From assembly GCA_951406725.2 (NCBI GenBank), contig OX597824.1:61504001-61568000 (forward strand): 64,000 nucleotides of DNA, given 5' to 3'. Positions 53,811 through 64,000 of this stretch are shown here, piece after piece (the stretch's first letter is position 1; every line of letters starts with the position of its first letter). Made by a program: the position numbers and the translations under genes. The notes under the pieces were generated by a model that worked only from the letters and a program-made list of their open reading frames with translations, was not told the DNA's origin and ran no database searches. Source of the DNA: Octopus vulgaris (lineage: Eukaryota).

Positions 53811-54398
53811 ATTATGATTACTATTGTTATCATCGTCGTCGTCGTCGTTACTATTAGTCCTTTTATATTTCTAGAAGAGGAAAATGACTGTCGTTGTTAC
53901 ATCTTCTTGGGCAGCGACAGTAGGAATTCCTGAGCAAGAGGATTAAACTACGAAGTGTTTAGGGATTTACAATTGAAAAAGGATTTATCGATAGCACAAT
54001 ATGGCTGAATCTTCAGTGTGTTAATGTGTACCTCCTTGAGATAATGTAAACTTTAATTTAATCAAGATATCATTGACCTGAAGAATAGCTTGTGATATAC
54101 AACTCGCTTGGGTATTTACCACTTTTGAAGGTTCCGCTTGCTATGAAACATATGTAGCTCGGATCTTATCTACTCCATTCAGTAACTTTTGTACTCTAAC
54201 TCGCACCCCCTCTAATATCGGTTGCCTACCGTGAATTATAAAAAGAAATTTCTTCAGTTTATCGTACTTCGATATGAAAAATAGCCATAACCTTCTGTGT
54301 CAATAAAGCAATATTGTCCGTAAAGGTTGTTTTTCATATTTACTACGGTTTTCTTGAAGCTAAATTTCTTCCTAAACGTCGATCGCTGGATCTTACAT

Positions 54399-54581
<183 letters not shown>

Positions 54582-54755
54582 TAAGAAAGTTTGTTTGGTA
54601 AAGCACGTGGGTGGATATATAAGAAAATAGTAAAGTGTGAAAAAACGACAGAAGGCTTAAATGTTAAAAAATATATATATTTGTGTCAAAATGTCTGGAG
54701 AATATTGGAAAAAATTTTTTCCTTTCCTTAAAATGACATAATTTTAAAATTTTTA

Positions 54756-54795
54756 AAGAAATTACCGGTTTCGCGTGTAGCTTTTCAAATTTCTT
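54756..54795 (-). ncRNA. minimal type-I hammerhead with U3-A8 core variant
   Basis: AAGAAAT-TTGAAAA-GC tacac GC-GAAA-CCGG-TA-ATTTCTT; 7-bp stem I and palindromic ACCGGT stem III. Confidence 0.68.
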
Positions 54796-55069
54796 GTGAC
54801 GTTATGTTTATATTGCATGGAGTTATCGTTGTATTTATTTTCAGGAGATTTCTAAATAAGGGGAGGTAGTGAGTGATTTCTTCCGGTGTAAGGGAGATAA
54901 TCGCTTAAAATTTTTTTTCCCTATATATATGTATATATATCTAGACACATATATGCATACATATATATGATATATAGATATATCTGTATACTGTATCTAT
55001 ATCTATATCTATATCTATCTATCTCTCCCCCTCTCTCTCTCTATATATATATATATACATATATATATA

Positions 55070-55712
55070 ATGTTCGTAATGGTGTCTACAAATGACTGCC
55101 AGGACTTTTTGATGTTTCTGATGTTAGTGGGTGTGTATGTGTGCGTGAAGGACCAATCGACTTGTGCAATGTCATTATTGATCGCTTCCCAGTATGCATT
55201 GTGGAAATCCATAGTGTCAAATGGATGAACAGGAGGGATGACATTTGTTTTGCATTTTGGCCGGTGAAATCTCAGATCACAGAGAACCATGTCATGATCA
55301 GAGAGTAGAGTTTTCTCCACTGCAACATTATGGATAGTATCAGTGTGATTGCTGAAAATTAAGTCTAAGACGTTTTTGTGACATCTCGTTGGTTCGAGCA
55401 CCAATTGGAACAGGAAGAAATCATCCATGAAGTCAAGAAGCGATTCCACTGCCTCCCTTGCAGGGGTTGAGAGAGAAGAACCTGGCAGCAGACTGTTTGT
55501 AGACCAGTCAACCCCGGGAAGGTTGAAGTCTCCCATCATTAAAATGTTGTCAGGTTGACACTGCTGATTGAAACACTTTATGTTGTTGAGGCATTCCTTG
55601 AAGCATGGTAGGGGCGTTTGGGGTGGTCTGTAGAGCCCAACTACTGTTACGTTGTTGGTTTGACTGAATACAGCGACTGCTTTGCAAACACACCCCATTA
55701 AGATCTGCAAAT
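55070..55712 (-). pseudogene. APE endonuclease segment of a CR1/L2-group LINE (inverted 5' part)
   Basis: VVGLYRPP, MMGDFNLPGVDW, PTR..NVLDLIFSN, LSDHDMV. Confidence 0.92.
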
Positions 55713-57312
55713 AAATCTAAGTGTCGAATCCCTAGAAATAGAAAATCTCTCATCAGGAAAATTAAAAGAATTAACAAAAAAATCAACAAGCTGAAATACT
55801 GTCAACAGCAACACACCAACCTGACTGTCATCTCGTCGCTAGAGATTAAAAAACAAACTCCAAAACAACATGATGTCTATCATCAATAGTCAGAGAAGAG
55901 CTGAAGAGGCCTGGGCCATTGAGAAGATCAAACTCAATCCCAAAGTGTTCATTTCATTTGCAAAAAGACACAGAGTCACTGGTTCTACTGTTGGCCCTCT
56001 GATTGAAGAAAATGGTACTCTTCAAGACAATGCCAAAACCATGGGAGAGATATTGCAGAAACAATATTGCTCTGTTTTCTGCAATCCTGATATGACTGAT
56101 CTGGGCTGTATCAGTGATGTTACTCCCCAATACACTTTATCAGACATAACCTTTGGCGCTCCTGATGTGTTAGCAGCAATAAAGGAAATGAAGCATAATT
56201 CAGCAGTAGGTCCCGATAGTTTCCCTGCTTGTGTCTTGAAGATGTATCAACACCAAATTGCACCCCCTCTAGCCAATCTGTGGCGGAAGTCACTGGATGC
56301 TGGATATATCGCAGAAGACCTTCTATCCCAGTCTGTTGTCCCAGTTTTCAAGAAAAGAAACAAATCGCTTGCCGTGAATTACCGTCCAATCTCACTCACC
56401 TCTCATATCATTAAGGTATTTGAGAGAGTGCTGAGATCGCGTATGACTCACTTCCTTGAGAGTCATAATATGCTGAACTCCAACCAGCATGAATATATGA
56501 ATATATATATATGGATTCCATTTTGATGACATTTTGAGAGCCTTGGGAGAGGGTTCCAACACTGATGTCATCTACCTTGATTTCAGCAAGGCCTTTGACA
56601 AGGTTGATCATAAGATCCTTTTGAGAAAGCTGTCCAATATTGGTGTCACTGGAAAGCTACTGCAGTGGATCAAGTGCTTCCTGTCTAACAGAACCCAACA
56701 TGTTGTAGTCGAAGGAGTCAAATCCAGCCCAGCCAAAGTCAGCAGTGGTGTCCCACAAGGCATTGTGTTGGGCCCACTTCTCTTCATCATCTACATTAAT
56801 GATATTACTGACACCATCAAACACAGTAACATCATAACCTTCGCTGATGATTCCAAGCTCCAGAAGGTCATCAATGGCGTGGATGTATTCACTCCAACGA
56901 CGCCGTGAACGCTACATTATATGTATGATGTGGAAAATATTCCATCAGCACTGACCGAATGATGTTGGCATCACCTTCAAAATACATCCAAGGCTTGGAC
57001 CACGTGCCATCCGTCCACAACAAAAATCTAAAGCGCATCACATAACGACAATACGGCACAATTATTTCACCTCAATTGGACCCGCTCTCTTCAACATTAG
57101 ACCAGGACACGTCAAAACAGAAACTGACCACACAAAATTCAAGAAGTCTTTGGACAAATTCCTTCAAACAGACCCGGACAAACCACCCACACCCGGATAT
57201 GTCTCCGCAAACAATAACTCTCTGCTCGAATGGGCCTCGGTGCTCAAATCCTGAATTGAAAGATTTCGCCAGGGCAAATACTGGCCAAAACCTTTCTAAG
57301 TTATTCTAAGTT
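55713..57312 (+). mobile_element. CR1/L2-group LINE RT and 3' end with internal deletions
   Basis: SAVGPDS, NYRPISLTS, VIYLDFSKAFDKVDH, SGVPQGIVLGPLLF, FADDSKL; tail TTCTAAGTTA twice, then (TA)n. Confidence 0.93.
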
Positions 57313-57340
57313 ATATATATATACACATACATATATGCAT

Positions 57341-57430
<90 letters not shown>

Positions 57431-57851
57431 ATCTAACATACACACACATATAGCTAAATTGATATAAAGCTGGATAGATATGGATTAATTTACATATGTT
57501 AGTGTCTACGTGTATATGTGCATGTATGTGTGCGCATGTGTGTATGTGTGTGTGAGTGTGTATGCGTGTGTGTGTGTGAAAATATTAACTATTAATTTTA
57601 TTGACAAAAGCTTTGAAGTTTCATCTGATGCCATCATCATGCTTCAGTTTAATGAAGCAAACTATAATTATACAGTAAAAGTTTCCAATTTTTAGGCCAT
57701 ATAGTACACAGTTTAAATTCATTTACTGTGCGTGTATTATGCCTACGCTCGCACACTATGTTTGAATCCATGATGTATAAAGATGGAGCTGCCTTGCGCA
57801 TGTGTTTGCCTCGTGTTTTCAGTACGTATTATAGCTACATAATTATCTGAG

Positions 57852-57918
57852 CTTACCGACGAACTACAGATACCAAATGTATTTTATTTGTTCATTAATA
57901 GCGGAACTCGAGTATAGG
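57852..57918 (+). ncRNA. degenerate type-I hammerhead motif
   Basis: CTTA-CCGACGA-A-CTA...TAG-C-GGAA-CTCGAG-TA-TAGG; palindromic ACTCGAGT; two core substitutions. Confidence 0.55.
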
Positions 57919-58035
57919 ATTAACTAATTTTTATTCACTGTAGTGGTTTGGGTTTAACTGTTCGTTTTAGCATATAATGTCTTCTCTCCGGTATATAAAT
58001 CTTTATACTCTTATGAATATATATATATATATATA

Positions 58036-61000
58036 TAGTTGAAATTTACCAAAAAACAAAAGACGAAGCAAGGTGTGTGTACAACAAGCAGGTGTCTTAG
58101 TTTGACGCTCGGGAAAGTGAGAAATTCTTTTACATTTCGAGCCTACGCTCTTCAACTGAAAGGAATAAGAGAAAATAACCAGAGAGACAAGAAAAAACTT
58201 GTGAATTTATCTATAAAGCATGGCCGCTGTTTGGGAGAAAAAGTTTGACAGGAGAGTTAGAACGAAAGGGGATATACTAAAGTACTAGTGATCCAAAAAT
58301 AAAGGTGCGCTTACGTGCATGTGTATGTAACAATATTTATGCGTCTGTGTGTGGATAAGGGCTGGTGACCTTTCCGTGTGGATGTGTGAGTGTGCGTCTG
58401 TAATATATGGGTATGCAGAAGATGGTGTTTGGTGTGTGTGCTGGGAAGTGGTCAGTGCTAGTGTGTGTGGAGTGATGTGGTGTGGTCGTGTGTAGTGTTG
58501 GTGTGGTGGTAGTATGGTGTGGCGGTGTGGGGTTGTGGGTGCGTGTGGTGGGTATGTGGGAGTGGGGTGTGAGGGGATTGTGGTTGGCGGGGTATCAATG
58601 AAGAGAGAAGGTGGATAGGAGTGAAGAGAGGGAGTAGGTGGCAGAGCAGGAGAGTAGAGGTGGGTAGGAGGGAAGAGAGGAAGTGGGTATCAGATAAAGA
58701 GAGAAGTGGAGGGGCAATGAAGGGGCAGGTGCGGGGAGAGAGAGCAAAGGCATGGTCCACAGAACGCGCTCTGGCAAGGGCTGTGTGGATATTGGTGAGG
58801 GGAAATCCACAAAAGATGAAGTGGCGAGCCATAAGTTGAGTCTGAGTTTAACATGATGGTTGTCACCGCAGAAGGTGAAATTGGGAGTAGGGGGTGGAAA
58901 GCTTGGTGTAGGTAGGGTACGAGGAGGAGACGTTAAAGTAGGAGTGTGAGTAGATGTGTTTGTAGTGGATGGAGTTAGTGAGAGCGGAGTGGTGTATGCT
59001 GACCGAAATGTCGAGAAAGGCGACGGAAGTATTGGAAATAGTGCAGGAGAATGCGAGGGCAGGATGGAAGGATTGGACAAAAGAGAGGAAGGAGTCTAGT
59101 TGTTCCCGGGATAGTGAGGTCGCTCCGATACAATCATCAATATAACGACCGTATACTTCGGGAGTGAGACCAGTGAATCGTGAGAATATTTGGGCTTCAA
59201 CATAGTCAACAAATAGGCTCCCATAGTTGGGGCCCATTCTCGTTTCCATGCCCACTCCCGATACCTGTTGGGTAAAATACCCCGTGAACGAGAAGCAGTT
59301 GAGGGTGTGAACAAGTTCGACACATGAAGTGTGGAGGTGTCAGTTTGGGTGTTGGGTCGAAGATCTAAGAAGTGTTAGAGTTCAAGAAGTTTTGTAGGAT
59401 CACCGTATATAGACTTATGATATCAAGAGGGGAGAGACGTTTAGAGGGGTCAGGAGGGAAGGAGAAAGTGTTGAAGAGACGGAGAGCTTGGTTTGTGACG
59501 TGGATGTGGCAGGGGAGGGAAGCCACTAGGCGGGGCAAGGATACTGTCGAGGTATTTTGAGATCAATTCCGCGGGGCAGTTACAGGCAGAGACAATGGGG
59601 CAGCCAGGTTAGTTGGGGTTGTAGATTTTGGGGAAGAAGTAAATGGTAGGGTGTATGAAGTGTGGATAATGAGGTTGCAGGCGGTAGGAGGAAGACGGGA
59701 GGAGGTGATGACGTCATGGATAGAGGAGGACACAGTCTGTTGATAGTCAGGCCTAGGGCTTAAAGGCAGAAGGCAATAGAATTAGGTGTCTTGAAGTTGG
59801 CGGAGAACTTCAGCTTTGTGTCTGCGTGTCACACCACCACAGTTATACCCAGCCGGTTTTATGATGATGTCGTTGCGGCGTCGGAGACATCGAAGGGCCG
59901 AGAGGTCGGCCGGGGTTATGTTAAAATATTGGGGACGCCTGCGGAAGTTAAACCGGTCCTAACACGTTGGCAGATGCTAGCAAAATGATCGAGTGCCTGG
60001 AAGTGGCCAGGAGCTAGCATCCAGTGCGATGGTCGGCGGCCAACCTAGGTGAAACAGTCCTCTTAATTAGATGCAGTTGGAGTTTTGTGGAATAGTGCAT
60101 ATAGCCTGATGCGGCGCAGAAAGCTATGAATACGGGCCTGAAATTCGTTACTGGATGAAGTGAGGGGGATGAAGTGTAGACCCTTACTGAGAAGAGAGCG
60201 CTCCGGCCCAGAGAGGGGAAGATCAGGAGGAATGGTAACAACAGACTAAAGCGGGGAAGGGGTGGATGAGTTAGATGTGGGGGTGAGGGGGTAGTAAAAA
60301 GCTGGAAGGAGGGAGAGGAGGAGTGAGTGGAGAGTAACAGAAGGGTTGCGGTGGAGTGTATCGGGGATTGATCGTGGTGGAAGTTGTAGTGGCATCGGGT
60401 GTGACAGAATGAAGGAGTGAGTGGAGTTTATGCTGTTTAGTGCGAGCGAGGGACTCGTGAAAAACATGATTTAAATAGATTATGAAGCGTAGAGTGGAAT
60501 ATGCAAAGGAAGGTGAAAGAGAGGAGAAAAAATGGAATAAGTGAGAGGGAGAAGGCGTTCGAGGTTTTGTATCTTGGAGAGATTAGAAAGTATGGTGCAT
60601 GCATAAGGTGGTAAGAAGTAGTACGGAGTATAGGTAAGATGGCAGAAGTAGAGTTGAAAGTGGAGTGGAAATGGAGGCTGAAAAATTTGGGATGAGGTAG
60701 CAGTGAAGGCAGCGACTGAGAGAGGAAACGTGGCTAGAGAAGTGGGTTTTTCTAAAAATCAGTAGAGAAATCTTAAAAGAAGTTTGAAAGTAGCGCAAAG
60801 GATTCGTGGAACGGTGCTTCTTTAGGCGGTGCTGAAGGTGAAGGAGGAAAGATTTATAATCGGGCATTCTGGAAAAAGGAGCAAAAGGAAAAGTCGTGAA
60901 GAAAAGAAAAAAAGGTGAAAGTGAGAGAAAAGGAGAGAGAGATGCAAAGGAACAACGTACGGAGTAAGAAAAAACAAAGTTCAAAAAGGTTCAAAGAATT

Positions 61001-61050
61001 TCAAACGTCGTGATATTTTGGAGCGATTTTTCATCAACGGAAGGGTCCAG
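58036..61050 (-). mobile_element. Penelope-like element, about 3 kb, decayed; no GIY-YIG seen
   Basis: FLPKIYNPN, METRMGPNYGSLFV, YGRYIDDC, VAFLDISV, PYSQFHLL; decayed hammerhead at 58127-58162 (TTT-CAGTTGA-A-GAGC gtag GCTC-GAAA-TG-TA-AAAG); (TA)n at both ends. Confidence 0.9.
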
Positions 61051-61073
61051 TGGATTCCATAAGTGTGTGTGTT

Positions 61074-61132
<59 letters not shown>

Positions 61133-61164
61133 GTGTGTGTATCTGTGTGTGTACGACAAGATTC

Positions 61165-61312
61165 TTTCAGTTTCCGTGTACCAGATCCATCCACAAGGCT
61201 TTATTCGTCCCGAGGCTATAGTAGAAGACACATGCCCAAGTTTCCACGCAGTGAGACTGAACCTGGAACCATGTGGTTGATAAGCAAACTACGTACCACA
61301 CAGTCACTCCTA
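61165..61312 (-). mobile_element. SINE 5' part (tRNA-like head)
   Basis: Minus strand GGAGTGACTGTGTGGTA...GGTTCAGTCTCACTGCGTGG..TTGGGCATGTGTCTTCTACTATAGCCTCGGG. Confidence 0.75.
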
Positions 61313-61511
61313 TATGAATATTTACAAACGCACACACACACTAACCCCCCCCCCCACATATCCGAGTGAGTAGACAAACAAAAGAAGAGTACTCAACACA
61401 TTTCTTGAGTGTTACATGTATAGATCAAAACAGTTTGATTCAGACTCCTTGAAACTCTGAATTACAAGGACTCTAATTCGAACTGTTTTGATCTAGCCAT
61501 TTATCAATCAG

Positions 61512-61809
<298 letters not shown>

Positions 61810-62029
61810 ATACACATATCTATGGTAATTAAGAATTAAATCAATTAGAGGTGAAATCCGGGTGGAAAAAGAATTGCATGAATAATCGGTAAATACGATT
61901 CATTAGATTAACATATTTGTAGAATAAGAAGTGAAAAAGTATAAATTTCCAAAATTTCGTACTATTTAATTACGCTCAACTGCTGTTTGATTAGCAATAA
62001 TCCTAAATTTCATAATTACGTAATTGGGA

Positions 62030-62225
62030 TCTGTCTCGGCGATTTACCTACCCCCATGGATAATAACCCCCAAGGACAATTGCCCCTGAGGACAGCAGAT
62101 GATGATTTAAAACTTCTTTGTATATTGGAGAGTTGGTAATTAACCAAGGTCGTAATTGTCCTAGGGAGAAGTTGTCGTAGGTAATTGTCGCATGAAGGAA
62201 ATTGTCCTGATATGAATTGCGATAC
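62030..62225. mobile_element. possible MITE remnant with GGACAATT/AATTGTCC subrepeats
   Basis: GGACAATTGCCCC on the left and several AATTGTCC/AATTGTCG on the right. Confidence 0.4.
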
Positions 62226-62449
62226 ATAATTAAAATTCATAATAAATCTAAAATCATAATACTTTGAGTGATTTGGGATACAAATAGCTTTCAATTAATT
62301 TAAATAAATTTAATTCATTATATATCACAATTGCCTAATTATGGAATTTATTCTGGTTATTGCTAATGAAACAGATGTTGGATGTAATTGAATTGCGAAC
62401 TATGTCTAAAATTTATGCTTTTCTGATTTTGAGTTCTTTCCATCTCTTG

Positions 62450-62553
<104 letters not shown>

Positions 62554-63960
62554 ATGTGTGTGTGAGACTATATATTTAAATTACATTCATCAGTTTCTAT
62601 GTATCGTTTAAAATTTTGCCATAGTGATAGTTTATTCTCCTCTCAGGTTTTAAGTCCCATGTACACATTATTTTAAACGTGTCACTTGTTTTGAGATGTT
62701 AAAACTGCTTTTTATCTCGCAGAAGCCTTTAAAAGTAAAGAACCAGGGAAAATCTTGGTTTGATATGCGCTACTGTTCGCTTTCCCATAAATAAGTGCTT
62801 TTACCTTCTAATATATTATTACAGGGAAGATGTTAGTGGAATGTTTAGAGCGTTAGAAAATCTTTTCTGTTGTATTCATCGGCTTTTACTTTGTGTGATC
62901 AAGTCCCTTTAAAGCAAATACCACTTTTCGTCTTTTTGCAGGGAACAAAATCAAATACCAGTTGTATCTAAACAAAAACAATTATTACAAGGACAACGAA
63001 TTGATGCAGTATCGGAAGAAATGTCTTATAGGTTTGCTTCCGGATTTTTTGCACTCTGAATTCAACCCTGACAAGACCAGCTTCGTCACTTATGATTTTG
63101 AGATCGCTAAAACAAAGTACCATCTAAGTACTAGAATCGATTGCATCTAAAGATTCCTTACTTTGTGTTTAAATTATAAACCAAACGCTGTGTGCTCAAA
63201 AAACGATTAATGCGTCGAGCAAAATGCCGAGGAGAATTTCTTCCGGGTGTTTACATTTCGAGTTGAAAATACGCTGAGTTTGACTTTCCGTCATCATCAT
63301 CGTCATCGCCGTCGTCGTCATCATCATCGTCATCATACCGAGTTCGATCGAATATGTATCATCATATTTCCTCGCACTGAAATCCTAAAAATAACATTTT
63401 TTAATACTCTTCCAAACATTATTTTTATTCCCGTCTGGCTTCCTGGGTTAGAACGGAAATAATTTTCATTTTATACGTATTTGATGTTAAAATACGAGCG
63501 CAATGCAAGTGCAAGACATCAACCGTTCCAAACATGCATCCTAGAGTTTACAGAGAAAACTACTCTGTAACATTGTGATACTATATAGTATTACCTTTTA
63601 TTGACCAGTAGCAAGATGAACAAATCACGTACATATTTTAAACTGTAATGAAGTTATTTATAGCAAAAAGCTTGATTCCAGACAGTTTTTATAGAAAAAA
63701 TAATTTATGACAATAGTGGAACGTGACACTTAAGAATAACTATTAATTGTCATTGCCTGTGGGGGGAAATAACGTAGAAAATGGTAAAAACAGTTTCTTT
63801 AGAAGCATTAAAAACATGAAAGAAATTTAAAGTTATTCTCGTCATTGCTTTAATGGCAATATTATATCGGCGACAATGCTCTCTCACACACACACATATA
63901 TTCATTTACGCATACAAACAGATATACGTTTGTTTGAATGTATATATACATATATAGGCA

Positions 63961-64000
<40 letters not shown>

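Overview
AT-rich, repeat-saturated eukaryotic DNA with no host protein-coding gene that I can support. The (TA)n/(TCTA)n/(TAA)n microsatellites and SINE families resemble an octopus genome; that assignment is inference from recall. The window contains decayed mariner and maT-type DNA transposons, a head-to-tail train of R4/Dong-clade LINEs in (TAA)n, Tx1-, RTE- and CR1/L2-group LINE remnants, several Penelope-like element (PLE) fragments, tRNA-derived SINEs and a U6 retrocopy. The main hidden signal is RNA-structural: about ten type-I hammerhead ribozyme motifs, identified by eye, at PLE-type 3' ends and inside two non-coding tandem units (488 bp and 406 bp). Both units look like non-LTR retrozymes and share one architecture, a permuted multimer plus an inverted 5' arm with both ends in TA-rich microsatellite. 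A U6 snRNA retrocopy is also fused to the 3' terminus of a hammerhead-bearing PLE family.
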